From Candidatus Latescibacterota bacterium (GTDB taxonomy: Bacteria > Krumholzibacteriota > Krumholzibacteriia > WVZY01 > JAKEHA01), in assembly GCA_963707635.1 (NCBI GenBank), contig OY970173.1, forward strand, positions 128,001 to 192,000: a stretch of DNA of 64,000 nucleotides, in the 5' to 3' direction. The notes below the pieces were generated by a model that ran no database searches, was not told where the DNA came from, and saw only the letters and a program-made list of their open reading frames with translations. A program made the translations under genes and the position numbers. Of the stretch, positions 27,582-37,976 are shown piece by piece (within the stretch, counting starts at the first letter, position 1; every line of letters starts with the position of its first letter).

Positions 27582-28520
27582 CTAGTCGGACGCGACGCTC
27601 CAGCCTTCAATCTCCGTTTCGAAACTCCGGGCCAGGGCCGAAAGATCCGCCGGCGGGACCGATGGATCCTCGCGCACCGCGGCAATCCGCACCCCGTTGG
27701 CAATGGCTTTCTCGTTCGTCGGGTTCGCATTCACGGCGGATGCGTAGGCGCTCTCCGCCGCGCGCGCGTGGCCGGTGCGTTCGAGCGCCATGCCGAGGTT
27801 ATTCCAGAACACCGCGACGTCGGGGCGCAACTCGACGGCGCGCGCCAGCGCGGGCAATGACGCTTCGAATCGTCCCTCCACGATGGCCAGGTAGGCCAGA
27901 TTGTTCATCGCCCAGGCGTCCTGTGGGTCAAGCCGGATCGCGCGCTGATACGCAGTCGCCGCCTCGTCCGCGCGTCCGAGCGCGTGGCATGCGCGGCCCT
28001 TGAGCCGGTACGCCTCCCCGGATGAGGGGTCGAGAACCAGCGCGCTGTCGATGGTCGCCAGCGCTTCGCTTGGCCGGCTGGCGTCGAGCAGCACACGCGT
28101 GAGATTGAGCCGGCTCTTCGCGTGCGCGGGGTCGAGGGCCAGGGACCGCTCGAACGCCGTCTCCGCGATATCGAAACTCCCGTCCTTCCACGCGGAGAGC
28201 CCCAGCATGTAGTGCCCCCACGGGTTATCGGGTATGCGCTCCGTGTAATGAGTGAACGCGACCACCGCCTCGCCGTAGCGTCCCGCAAGGAAGTCCGCCT
28301 CGGCTGCTTCGTACGTCACTTCCTTCGGCGGCTCCGGTGTCGGGACCACCGTCTCCGGCGGCGCGGTCGCGGTCGTTTCCACCACGGGCGTGGTCGTTGG
28401 ATCCGGTGCCTTCTTTGCGATGATTTCGTCCTCGTCCGTTCCGCACCCCGCGGCGACCAGCATCCCTGCGAGCAGGGCGATCACCGATGGGTGGGAGCTG
28501 CGTCTCAATTCGTTCAACAT
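27582..28520 (-). CDS. TPR-repeat lipoprotein
   Basis: AGGAGG RBS; lipobox AAGC; Pro/Thr linker; ~6 TPRs. Confidence 0.88.
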   Translation of the reverse strand: MLNELRRSSHPSVIALLAGMLVAAGCGTDEDEIIAKKAPDPTTTPVVETTATAPPETVVPTPEPPKEVTYEAAEADFLAGRYGEAVVAFTHYTERIPDNPWGHYMLGLSAWKDGSFDIAETAFERSLALDPAHAKSRLNLTRVLLDASRPSEALATIDSALVLDPSSGEAYRLKGRACHALGRADEAATAYQRAIRLDPQDAWAMNNLAYLAIVEGRFEASLPALARAVELRPDVAVFWNNLGMALERTGHARAAESAYASAVNANPTNEKAIANGVRIAAVREDPSVPPADLSALARSFETEIEGWSVASD

Positions 28521-28562
28521 GGCAAACCTCCTGGGCCGTTACGGCTCCAGGCACTGCCATGC

Positions 28563-28577
28563 GCAAGCGCTTGACCA
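28563..28577 (-). promoter_or_regulatory. sigma54 (-24/-12) promoter of TPR lipoprotein gene
   Basis: TGGTCAAGCGCTTGC = GG-N10-GC with TTGC. Confidence 0.7.
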
Positions 28578-28675
28578 ATGGTGACCCACGGCGGAGATTT
28601 CAAGTACAACATTAATAAATACAATTTGTTACTGGCTCGGATCGAATCGGGAAAATCCTGTCGGAGGGAGCCGCA

Positions 28676-28726
28676 TGTGTCCGTGCGGACACACTGGAAG
28701 GATGCCTCCTGTGTCCGAATGGACAC
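28676..28726. promoter_or_regulatory. Pair of palindromic upstream activator sites
   Basis: TGTGTCCG-tg-CGGACACA (28676-28693) and GTGTCC-gaat-GGACAC (28711-28726), centres 34 bp apart. Confidence 0.75.
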
Positions 28727-28732
28727 GCCGAT

Positions 28733-30088
28733 CTAGCGTCGTTTGAGGCCGAGTCGACGCATGATCTTTCGCAAGCTCGCGTGGTCGGAAAGCCCGAGCT
28801 GTTCCGCCGCGCGCGTGGTGTTCCACTCCTGGTTCTCCAGGGCCGCGACCACGATCTGACGCTCCGCCTCGCTCTTGAGCTCGCGAAACGTGCGCGCGCG
28901 CGCGCGTCGCTTCGGCGTGGATGCGCCCCGGATCTCGACCGGGACCTGCTCGATCCCGACCGTATCACCGTCGGTTGCGATCACCATGCGCTCGATGACG
29001 TTGCGCAACTCGCGCACGTTGTTGCGGCGCCAGTCGTGGCCGACGAGAGCCTCGAGCGCGGCGCGATCGAGACGCTTGCGTCGCACTCCGAATCGTGCGC
29101 ACGTGGCCTTCATGAAATGGCCGGCGAGCTCCGCGACGTCGGAAGCGCGCTCGCGAAGCGGCGGCACCCGGATGACGTGGACGTTGATGCGATAGAACAG
29201 GTCCTGGCGAAACCGGCTGGCCTCCACTTCGGCATCCAGCTCGCGATGCGTCGCGGCGACGACTCGTGCGTTCACCTTGAGGCTGCGCTCGCCCCCCAGC
29301 CGTGTCACCTCTCCCTGCTCGAGGACACGGAGCAGCTTCGCCTGCGCGGCGGGAGGGAGCTCGCCGATTTCGTCCAGGAACAACGTGCCGCCCGACGCGC
29401 GCTCGAAAGCGCCCCGGTGGGTCTGGCTGGCTCCCGTGAACGCACCCCGCTCGTGGCCGAACAACTCGCTTTCGATGAGGTTGTCGGGAAGCGCCGCGCT
29501 GTTGACCGCCACGAAGGGCGCGTTCTCCCGCGTGCCGAGGCGATGGAGTTCGCGGGCCACGATCTCCTTGCCGCTTCCGCTCTCCCCGACGATCAGGACC
29601 GGGCTCGAGATCGCCGCCACGCGCGCGATGGCGCTCCCGAGCTCGCGCATCGCCGCGCTGGAGCCGATCAGCGCACTGTCCTGGCCGAGGTCGCGCCGCA
29701 GCATCTCGACTTCCCGTTCCAGTTGGGCGCGCGTGAGCGCGTTCTCGACTTCGCGGACGACGCGCTCCATCGGTTCCGACTTGTCGATGAAACTGAACGC
29801 GCCCAGCTTGACCGCCTGGACGCAACGGTCGTAGTTGCCGGTGCCGGTGTAGACGATGACCGGAACCCGGTAGTCCTCTTGCTTGAGGCTGCGCAGCACG
29901 TCGAAACCGTCGACGCCGGGCATTTCCAGGTCGAGGATCATGCAGTCGACCGACTCGAATGCCACGCGCTCGAGCGCCTCCTTGCCCGAGGTCGCCGCGC
30001 GCACGTCCCAGCCGCCGAGCCGGGAGAGGTCGTACGCGTACTGCTCTGCCAGCGTACGGACGTCGTCGACCACGAGCACGTACGCCAT
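28733..30088 (-). CDS. sigma54-dependent response regulator (NtrC family)
   Basis: Receiver VVDD/ILDLEMPG, GESGSGKE, intact GAFTGA, FLDEIGEL, NVRELRN, C-terminal HTH. Confidence 0.95.
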   Translation of the reverse strand: MAYVLVVDDVRTLAEQYAYDLSRLGGWDVRAATSGKEALERVAFESVDCMILDLEMPGVDGFDVLRSLKQEDYRVPVIVYTGTGNYDRCVQAVKLGAFSFIDKSEPMERVVREVENALTRAQLEREVEMLRRDLGQDSALIGSSAAMRELGSAIARVAAISSPVLIVGESGSGKEIVARELHRLGTRENAPFVAVNSAALPDNLIESELFGHERGAFTGASQTHRGAFERASGGTLFLDEIGELPPAAQAKLLRVLEQGEVTRLGGERSLKVNARVVAATHRELDAEVEASRFRQDLFYRINVHVIRVPPLRERASDVAELAGHFMKATCARFGVRRKRLDRAALEALVGHDWRRNNVRELRNVIERMVIATDGDTVGIEQVPVEIRGASTPKRRARARTFRELKSEAERQIVVAALENQEWNTTRAAEQLGLSDHASLRKIMRRLGLKRR

Positions 30089-31788
30089 CAGGCTGCCTCC
30101 TCGCCGGCCGCGGGGAATTCGACGGTGAAGCGGCTGCCGCGGCCCTCCTCGCTCGCGACCTGAATGGTCCCGTCGAGGTCCATGACCAGCCGGCGTACGA
30201 TCGACAACCCGAGCCCGCTCCCAGCGGGCTTGGTCGTAAAGAAATCGTCGAAGAGGTGTGCGCGCGTAACGTCGCTCATTCCGACGCCCGTATCCGACAC
30301 GGATAAACGAACGCGCGTCTCACCGGCGTCGGCACCGACCCGCTCGGTCGAAACCGTCACCTGCCCACCGCGTCCGACCAGGCTGTCGATCGCGTTGTCC
30401 TGCAAATTCTCCACGATGCGGCGGAGTGAAATCGGGTCCGCGGTCACGACGGCATCCTTGCACAGCTCCGTCCGGAGGTCCACACCCGCGGTTCCCTGCA
30501 CTCCCGCCGCCACGCGTCGCACCACCTCGTTCAGGTCGCAACGCACCCTCTCGCCGCGCGGGGCCAGCCGGGCATAGTGGCCGGCCAGTTCGTCGAGATA
30601 TGAAATGCTGGACTGGAACGTGCCCTGGCGCTCGCGAAAGACGTCCGGGAGGCGCGCCGGGTCGTCCTGTGCCTGCTGTGTCAGATGGCGGAGCGCGTTG
30701 CGAATCGGCGTGAGGCCGTTGCGGAGGTCGTGATTCACCTGGCGCGCGAGGTCGCCGATGGCTGCCCGGCGTTCCGCATCCTTGAGACGCGCCGTGCTCT
30801 CGCGCAAGCGCGAGGTCATCGCCGCGAGTCCGCTGGACAACACCCCGATCTCGTCGTGACGTCCGGTGGAAAAGTCGACGTCGAGCCGATCGAGGTCGAT
30901 GCGCGCTGCTTTCTCCGCCAGCTCTACCACCGGACGACTGACGCGCGACGATACCCTGCCGGCGACGAGTGCGGCGAGTGCCGCCGTCGCCGCCACCGCG
31001 ACGACGAACCAGCGGTCGATGCTGCGGCGCAACGCCTGCAGCTCAACGAGATCGTGCGACACCCGCACCACCGCGGTTTCGGGTCCGGGCTGGTCGGGGT
31101 CGACGAACGCAACCCGCAGCTCGCGCACGACCGCTTCCGCAAGTGGCGGCGAACTCCCGTCGCCGTCCGCCAGGGAATCTCCCGGCAGGACCAGCGACAT
31201 GCGCAGTGCCTCGTCGCGCGAGAGTTCTTCCATCAGGCGGTCTTTCGCCTCGATTCCACCGACGAGCCGGAACCGGCGGCTGCCGATGGAGACCGAGTCG
31301 ATACCCGCCAGTGCGAGCAGCGGCGCCGTGGGCGTGCGCGCCCGCACGAGCGCGATCCCACCGGGGCTCGACGCAAGTCGCCGTGGGAGCACCGGGTCGA
31401 CCCGATCGTAGTCGTTGCGGAAATGTCCCGAGCTCACGATGCGCCCGGCTTCGTCCTGGATCTGCAGCAGGTCGAGTCCGGCGAGGCGCATGGCATTGCC
31501 CGCGTAGTCCAGCAGATAACGCCGTTCGGCCTCGACACCGTCCACCGCGGCACGCCGGAAGCGATTGTCGGACGACAGTGCAGCCCGAACCTGGCCGAGT
31601 GCGGCACCGACGGCGTCGCTTTCCCGCGCCAGGCGGGTCGCGATCCCGGCGACGATGGCGTCCACACGCCGTTCGTATTGCGCGGTGAGTCGCGCCGTCA
31701 TCTCGTGACGAACCAGGAGGGCCAGCGCCGTCATCGGGACCAACGCGCCGACGAGCAGAGCGGCCGTCACGCGCGTGCGGAAGCTCAT
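30088..31788 (-). CDS. HAMP-domain sensor histidine kinase
   Basis: Two TM, periplasmic domain, HAMP (DEIGVL), H-box RQVNHDLRNGLTPI, DTGVGM, FFTTK, GSGLGL. Confidence 0.92.
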   Translation of the reverse strand: MSFRTRVTAALLVGALVPMTALALLVRHEMTARLTAQYERRVDAIVAGIATRLARESDAVGAALGQVRAALSSDNRFRRAAVDGVEAERRYLLDYAGNAMRLAGLDLLQIQDEAGRIVSSGHFRNDYDRVDPVLPRRLASSPGGIALVRARTPTAPLLALAGIDSVSIGSRRFRLVGGIEAKDRLMEELSRDEALRMSLVLPGDSLADGDGSSPPLAEAVVRELRVAFVDPDQPGPETAVVRVSHDLVELQALRRSIDRWFVVAVAATAALAALVAGRVSSRVSRPVVELAEKAARIDLDRLDVDFSTGRHDEIGVLSSGLAAMTSRLRESTARLKDAERRAAIGDLARQVNHDLRNGLTPIRNALRHLTQQAQDDPARLPDVFRERQGTFQSSISYLDELAGHYARLAPRGERVRCDLNEVVRRVAAGVQGTAGVDLRTELCKDAVVTADPISLRRIVENLQDNAIDSLVGRGGQVTVSTERVGADAGETRVRLSVSDTGVGMSDVTRAHLFDDFFTTKPAGSGLGLSIVRRLVMDLDGTIQVASEEGRGSRFTVEFPAAGEEAA

Positions 31789-33209
31789 GGCGAGGTCTCC
31801 ACCTGGCTTGCTCCCGTCTTGATGGTTACGCCACCGAAGCCGTTCAGAACCAGACCTACGCGGCCGCGCGCAACGATGGCGTGCGGACGCGTGTCGACCA
31901 GGGGAATCAACACGTCAGCCAGCGCAAGCTCCTGCGGAGCGAGCCAGGGTACAGCCCGCGTCAGATTGCGCGCCGCGGTACACGCGTCGGGCTCGACGTG
32001 CGGGAGCGCCACGATGAAAGCGACATCAGATCCGGATCCCAGGCGGGTGATCATGTCATCCAACTCGAGGCCCACGGCCACCAGTGGCGGCGATCCTCCC
32101 ACCAGGCCCGGCACCGCAGCAGCGACGGCCCCGGCCTCGGCGGATCGCAACGGGTCCATCGCCGCCACCGCCACCAGACGCTCGGCCAGATCGCGCGCGG
32201 TGGCATCGTGCAGATCGAATACGATCCGACGCGGACCCCGTGCGTGAAACGCGCGGGGGTTCATGTCCCACTCCTCGAAACAGTCCCCGGGGGGGGCCCA
32301 CCACGCCGGCATCTCTGCGGCCCGCGCCTCCGCCCGCACCGCATCCCTCGCCAGCGCCTCCGTGAAGGAGGTTGGCAGCGCTGCCATGCTACGCCCCTCG
32401 CGAAGCGCTTGAACGCGAGACGGGGCCAACAGCGCATAGGTTCTATTCCACATGAGCGGGGTGGTCGTAAAGCGCAGCTCTCCGGCCGCGTACTCGATCA
32501 GCTCCGGGTCGCCTGTGATCACGAGATCCACGTCCTTCGCCAGCATGTCGCGAACGTCCCTCTTGTCGACCATCACCAGGTGAATCGTGGGGTCGTTCGC
32601 CCCGAAAGCCGGTCGGAAAAGAAGGTCTCCACGCGTAATATCGTTGTCGTCAGTTCGGTACGGTCCTGTGCCGACGGACAAGATGAAGGGGTTGACCATC
32701 TTCCCCACCGCAAAGTTTGGAGACGCGAAGATGCGTGCGTCCCGCAACGGCCGTGCGAACCGCACTTCCAGCGTCCGATCGTCGAGGGCAACCAGCGATT
32801 CGAACTGTAGCCCGGAAAAGCGCCAGCCTTGCGCCACGTCCGCTGCCGTCACGGACTCTCCGTCCCAGAAGCGCACGTCGGGTCGAAGTCGAAATGTCCA
32901 CTGCCGGCCATTGCCAGCCCACGATTCCGCAAGGCCGGGCCGCAGCTCGTTCGAACAGTCGATCGTCAGAAGGGTCTGATACATGAGATCGAACAACAGC
33001 CGTTCCGCTACATTCCGAGCCAGCGGAACGTTGATGGTGATCGAATCGGTCACGACGACCGTGATCGTGTCTTCGGGTGCCGACGAGCCCTTCACGACCT
33101 CGCAGGGGTCGCCGGACCCTTCGTGGACCGAACGAATCGTCGGGCCGCAACCCGCCCAGACGGCGAGCAGGATGGCGCCGGCGGCGCCGGCCAGCCGATG
33201 TGGACTCAT
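31785..33209 (-). CDS. Family-5-like solute-binding lipoprotein
   Basis: Lipobox WAGC; PGLAESW, WTFRLRPDVRFWDG, TAADV, GTGPY; stop overlaps kinase start. Confidence 0.75.
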   Translation of the reverse strand: MSPHRLAGAAGAILLAVWAGCGPTIRSVHEGSGDPCEVVKGSSAPEDTITVVVTDSITINVPLARNVAERLLFDLMYQTLLTIDCSNELRPGLAESWAGNGRQWTFRLRPDVRFWDGESVTAADVAQGWRFSGLQFESLVALDDRTLEVRFARPLRDARIFASPNFAVGKMVNPFILSVGTGPYRTDDNDITRGDLLFRPAFGANDPTIHLVMVDKRDVRDMLAKDVDLVITGDPELIEYAAGELRFTTTPLMWNRTYALLAPSRVQALREGRSMAALPTSFTEALARDAVRAEARAAEMPAWWAPPGDCFEEWDMNPRAFHARGPRRIVFDLHDATARDLAERLVAVAAMDPLRSAEAGAVAAAVPGLVGGSPPLVAVGLELDDMITRLGSGSDVAFIVALPHVEPDACTAARNLTRAVPWLAPQELALADVLIPLVDTRPHAIVARGRVGLVLNGFGGVTIKTGASQVETSP

Positions 33210-33301
33210 GTCGCAACGAGGAATCGGGGGCGTGGCATCGTCCGAAATGAACGATTCGGGTGGTGCCCCTGTCAACGTGGAAGATGGCCGGAGGGAGGAC
33301 G

Positions 33302-33976
33302 CTACCGCGTTTCACCCCGCGACGCCGAGGTGTACTGCTCCTGCATCTTGCGCGTGGCCTCGCCGATCTGCTCCTCCGTCGCCCTGCTCCCGGTGGCCGC
33401 CGCCACGCGCCGCACTTCATCGCGCGTGACCCCGCCCCGGCTTTGGCGCCAGTTCATCTCCTTCGCGTACGCGGCTTCGAACTTCGCGGCGAAGTTGCCC
33501 GCATTCCATTGCTCGAGCGTCCCATGCGGCCGGCGCCGCATGACGAGGTCGACCATCTGGGCGATGGTGAGACCCGGGTCGAAGATCTTCTCGTGACCCG
33601 CCGGCTGGTCGAGCTCCTGGCCCGCCGGGGCGGTCGTGACCGTGAGGCTGCGGTCGTCGTCGGTCTTGGAAATCATATCGACGAAGGACTTGACCAGCGG
33701 GTGGCTGTAGACGACGGCGCACAGCGACTGCCCGGGGTGCGCGAATGCGGTGAGCACGACACCGCGCATCGGTTCGACGCGATAGGTGCCGATCGAGCGG
33801 AAGCCGCACGCCTCCAGCGCGGGTACGCGGGGCGCGAGGTCGCGCGCGTGCGCGGCGCTCGCGCGAACGGCAACAAGGCGAATGCGGGCCGGCGGGGTCC
33901 ACACCCGGACGACGCGCGGCAGAATGAACCGGACCACGAGAAACAGAATTCCCGCCATGAGCCATGCAATCTTCAT
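33302..33976 (-). CDS. Hypothetical membrane-anchored protein
   Basis: GAGGAGG RBS, N-terminal hydrophobic helix, GC3-rich codons. Confidence 0.7.
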   Translation of the reverse strand: MKIAWLMAGILFLVVRFILPRVVRVWTPPARIRLVAVRASAAHARDLAPRVPALEACGFRSIGTYRVEPMRGVVLTAFAHPGQSLCAVVYSHPLVKSFVDMISKTDDDRSLTVTTAPAGQELDQPAGHEKIFDPGLTIAQMVDLVMRRRPHGTLEQWNAGNFAAKFEAAYAKEMNWRQSRGGVTRDEVRRVAAATGSRATEEQIGEATRKMQEQYTSASRGETR

Positions 33977-34217
33977 CGCGAACCCTCCTCGAGCTGGCGC
34001 TTCATCCCGGTGAGCACCTCACATGCCATTCGCGACGCCGGGGAGGGCGCGGGAAACAACCGGGAGTCATGGAGAGGAACCGGGAACAAGGCGTCCCGGC
34101 GCGGAATTTTTGGGTCGAGACTCGTCCGGCGGAGTGCTACCATTATATAGCTCAATCAGGCATCTCGCGCCCGGGGCCGGCCCCGGGCGAACCGGCTAAC
34201 CGCATCCTGGTGGACTC

Positions 34218-34427
34218 ATGCAACGACTGCCGGGCCTCCTGCTCCTGATCGCGATCGCGTCCGTGCTGGTCTCGGGCTACAGCCGCCCCGTCCACACCGA
34301 CGTGTCCCGCCACTCTCACGGCCATGTGTTCGACGTGTTCGGGTTCGAGACCCGGGAACAGGTCGCCGCGCTCGGTGCTTCCGCGGCCGGCGTTTCTCTC
34401 CAGCCGGCGGCAGACCCCGCGTCCTAG
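34218..34427 (+). CDS. Small putative secreted protein
   Basis: 69 aa with signal-peptide-like start and His-rich patch; fills an otherwise empty gap. Confidence 0.45.
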   Translation: MQRLPGLLLLIAIASVLVSGYSRPVHTDVSRHSHGHVFDVFGFETREQVAALGASAAGVSLQPAADPAS

Positions 34428-34518
34428 CTCGCGCCTCGGACGTGCCCGCGCTTCCGCCGCGGAGTTGAATCCCCGGCGGCGGCACGCTATCATCTCGCTC
34501 TTCCCGGAGGTCAGGCTT

Positions 34519-36159
34519 GTGCGTTCCATGATCACGGTGCTCGTTGCTGTTTTCTTGTGGCTGTCGCATGCCCCAGCTCGCGCCGACGACGCCGCAACCA
34601 CCATCCCGCTCCGCGCCGATCTGGCGGTCTACCATCGAGCGGTCACCACGTCGTCCGCCGAGGCGCAGCGCTACTTCGACCAGGGGCTGGTTCTCTATTA
34701 CGGCTTCAATCATGACGCCGCGATCGCGTCGTTCGCGCGCGCGGCCCAGCTCGATACCACCTGCGCGATGGCGTGGTGGGGACAGGCGATTTCGGCCGGC
34801 CCCCACATCAACAACCCGCTGATGGACGAGGCGGCGGCCGAGCGGGCGTGGCGCGCCACCGAGCGCGCGCTCGCGCTGGCCGGCGGCGCATCGCCGGTCG
34901 AACAGGAACTGATTCGCGCTGTCGCGGCGCGATATGCGTGGCCCAACCCCGCGGACCGGCACTCGCTCGACGTCGCCTACGCGGACCAGATGCGCAAGGT
35001 CTGGAAGGCGCACCCCGACGACGTCGACGTCGGCGCGCTGTTCGCGGACGCAATGATGAACCTTCGTCCGTGGGACCTGTGGTCGCCGGATGGTAAGCCG
35101 CGACCGGAGACTCCGGAGATCGAGAGCACGCTCGAGCGCCTGCTGGCGATGGTCCCCGACCACCCGATGGCGTGTCATCTCTACATCCACACCATGGAGG
35201 CGTCGCCGACCCCGGGCAAGGCGCTGCCGGCCGCCGACGTCCTGCGCGACCGCGTGCCCGGGGCGGGTCACCTCGTGCACATGCCCGCGCACATCGATAT
35301 CCGTCTCGGGCACTACCGCGAGGCGGTCCTCGCCAACCAGAAGGGCGCCGAGGTCGACAAGACCTGGGCCTACCAGGGCGGCTTCTATACCATCTACCGC
35401 GCGCACAACTATCATTTCCTCGCGTATGCGGCGATGTTCGACGGGCAGAAGGAGGTGGCGATGAAAGCGGCGCGCGACATGCTCGAACAGATTCCGCTCG
35501 AGTTGGCGCGCGCGATGCCCGACTTCGTCGATGGATTTCTCGCCATACCGACCCACGTCATGGTCCGCTTCGGCATGTGGAACGAGATGCTCGCGGAACC
35601 CAAACCGCCCGCGGATCTCTACGTCACCGTCGCCTTCTGGCACTACGGGCGAACCGTGGCGCTCGCCGCGCTCGGACGCCTCGACGAGGCGGCGGCGGAG
35701 TTCGGCGCGTTCCAGAAGGCCTTCGCCGCGGTGCCGGAGACCCGTTTGATTGGAAACAACCCGGCGCGCACCGTGCTCGAGGTGGGGCTCCCGATGGCGG
35801 AGGGTGAGCTCGAATACCGGCGCGGCCATTTCGACCACGCCTTCGAGCTGTTGCGCCTGGCGGTGTCGCGCGATGTGGCGCTTCGCTACGACGAACCCTG
35901 GGGATGGATGATGCCGGTGAGGCATTCGCTGGGGGCGCTGCTCACCGAACAGAAGCGATACGAGGAAGCGGAAGCCGTCTACCGCGCCGACCTCGAGCTG
36001 CACCCCGAAAACGGGTGGGCGCTCTACGGTCTCGCCGAGTGCCTGCGCCTCGACGGCCACGCCGACGAAGCGAAGGCCGTCGACGCGCGCTTCAAGAGCG
36101 CGTGGGCCCGCTCCGATGTGTCGATCCGGGCGTCGTGCTACTGCAGCAAGGGAAAGTGA
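34519..36159 (+). CDS. Secreted TPR-repeat protein
   Basis: AQRYFDQGL...YGFNHDAA, CHLYIH, HLVHMPAHI, HNYHF; GGAGG RBS before GTG. Confidence 0.85.
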   Translation: MRSMITVLVAVFLWLSHAPARADDAATTIPLRADLAVYHRAVTTSSAEAQRYFDQGLVLYYGFNHDAAIASFARAAQLDTTCAMAWWGQAISAGPHINNPLMDEAAAERAWRATERALALAGGASPVEQELIRAVAARYAWPNPADRHSLDVAYADQMRKVWKAHPDDVDVGALFADAMMNLRPWDLWSPDGKPRPETPEIESTLERLLAMVPDHPMACHLYIHTMEASPTPGKALPAADVLRDRVPGAGHLVHMPAHIDIRLGHYREAVLANQKGAEVDKTWAYQGGFYTIYRAHNYHFLAYAAMFDGQKEVAMKAARDMLEQIPLELARAMPDFVDGFLAIPTHVMVRFGMWNEMLAEPKPPADLYVTVAFWHYGRTVALAALGRLDEAAAEFGAFQKAFAAVPETRLIGNNPARTVLEVGLPMAEGELEYRRGHFDHAFELLRLAVSRDVALRYDEPWGWMMPVRHSLGALLTEQKRYEEAEAVYRADLELHPENGWALYGLAECLRLDGHADEAKAVDARFKSAWARSDVSIRASCYCSKGK

Positions 36160-36172
36160 CGGTGGGCGGAGT

Positions 36173-37924
36173 CTACTTGAGCAGCACCATCTTCCGGGCC
36201 TGCTCTGCGCCGCCGGCTTCGAGGCGATAGAGGTACACGCCCGAGGCCAGCGGTGCCCCGAGGCTGTTGCGCGCGTTCCACGTGACCGACTTCCGTCCGC
36301 GCGATTGCGTCTCGTCCACCAGCCTCGCGACCACCGCCCCGCTCACGTCGAAGACGGTGAGACGCACATGCGCGCGCGCGGGTATCTCATATTCGATGGT
36401 CGTAGTCGGGTTGAAGGGATTCGGGTAGGCGGGATGGAGCACGATCCCGTCCGCGTGCGGGGTGTCGCCGACGCCGGTCGGAGCGATCGACGACGCCGCC
36501 GCGGTCGCGTTGATGATCCCATACCCATAGAGCCGATCCGGGGCGCCGGCCTGGCTCGCCGTCGTCCGCAGCGCGTCCATGATCTGCTGGTTCGTCGCAT
36601 GCGGTTTCGCCTCCATGATGAGCGCGGCCGCGCCCGCGGTCAGTGGACATGAGAACGATGTGCCGTTCAGGTTGGTATATGTGGCGGGGTTGGACGAGCT
36701 GGCCAGGCGCACGGCGGACCCCATCGCCGTCACGTCCGGCTTGATACGGCCGTCCGCGGAGGGGCCGACCGAGCTGAAGCTGGATCGAACTCCGGACGCG
36801 TCCACCGCGCCGACGGCGAGCACGCTGTCGCCGTCGGCAGGGGCGCCCAGCGTGTTGGCCGGGAGCGCCACGTTTCCGCCGTTGCCGGCGGAATTCACCA
36901 CCAGGATCCCGCGGCTCGCGGCGATGTCGGCGCCGACGGTGACGATGGCGGTGTTCCCGTTCATGTCGCTCCAGGCATAGTCGACTCCGACATCGAAGCT
37001 GGTATATCCCAGCGAGCTCGAAATGATGTCCGCCCCGATGCTGTCCGCCCACTCGGCAGCGGCCACCCACCAGTCTTCCTCGCTGTGAAGCTCCGAAACC
37101 GTGTTCTCCGTCTTGGCGAGGATGTAGGTGGCGCCGTAGGCGGGACCGATGAGGCTGCCCGGCGCGTAGCCGCCGATCGCGCTCAAGGTCCACGTGCCGT
37201 GACTGCCGACCCCCATGCCGCCGTCGGATACGAGGCTGTCGCCGTTGACGAAGTCATGGGTGATCAGGATATCGATATTCTGGAACACCACGTGCGCGAG
37301 GTTGTTGACGCCGGCGTCGAGCATGGCGATCCACACGCCGGCTCCGCTGTAGCCCTGGTCGTGCAGCGTGGGAACGTTCATCAGGTTGTTCTGCGTGAAC
37401 GAAAGGCCATAGTCGAGCGACGCCGTGGATCGCGGCTGCTCCGGACCCAGCGGTACCGGCGCCTCGATCGGCTCCGGAAGCGGCTCCGTGCCCACCCGCA
37501 CCACATCCATCCCCCGCACGAACGGGAGCTCGGCGATGGTCTCCACCGTGCGAGCATCGGTGTCGATCGAGACCGCGTTGAGCCAGCGCGACGTGCTCCG
37601 GATCCGAAGCCCCTGGCGGCGGACGGCGTCCACGTAGCGCGGGTTGACCGGGATGTCGTACGCGTCCACGAGGCGCGAGAGCCCGCGATTGCGGGCTCGC
37701 CGGGCGCGGGCGTGGGGCGTGAGGTTCGCTTCGACGTCGGCCAGTGCGGGCGAAGACCCCTTGTCATTAAAGAAGACCCAGCTGGCCACCCGGCCCGAGT
37801 CGCCGACGCGGCTGACGGCGGCCTGCAGCGCCGGTGAGACTTTCCGGGGCGCGGGCGCGCCGTCGGAAACGGGCGCCGCGAAGACGATGATCGCGGATAA
37901 CACGAGAGGGGTGAGATGCTTCAT
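36173..37924 (-). CDS. S8 (subtilisin-like) serine peptidase with FlgD-Ig/T9SS-type tail
   Basis: IAMLDAG, SHGT, SAGNGG, IKPDV, NGTSFSCP; AYPNPFNPTTTI. Confidence 0.93.
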   Translation of the reverse strand: MKHLTPLVLSAIIVFAAPVSDGAPAPRKVSPALQAAVSRVGDSGRVASWVFFNDKGSSPALADVEANLTPHARARRARNRGLSRLVDAYDIPVNPRYVDAVRRQGLRIRSTSRWLNAVSIDTDARTVETIAELPFVRGMDVVRVGTEPLPEPIEAPVPLGPEQPRSTASLDYGLSFTQNNLMNVPTLHDQGYSGAGVWIAMLDAGVNNLAHVVFQNIDILITHDFVNGDSLVSDGGMGVGSHGTWTLSAIGGYAPGSLIGPAYGATYILAKTENTVSELHSEEDWWVAAAEWADSIGADIISSSLGYTSFDVGVDYAWSDMNGNTAIVTVGADIAASRGILVVNSAGNGGNVALPANTLGAPADGDSVLAVGAVDASGVRSSFSSVGPSADGRIKPDVTAMGSAVRLASSSNPATYTNLNGTSFSCPLTAGAAALIMEAKPHATNQQIMDALRTTASQAGAPDRLYGYGIINATAAASSIAPTGVGDTPHADGIVLHPAYPNPFNPTTTIEYEIPARAHVRLTVFDVSGAVVARLVDETQSRGRKSVTWNARNSLGAPLASGVYLYRLEAGGAEQARKMVLLK

Positions 37925-37976
37925 ACGCACAGATGTTTGGGGTCGGAAGCGCTACCAGTATAGCAAAATATAACGT

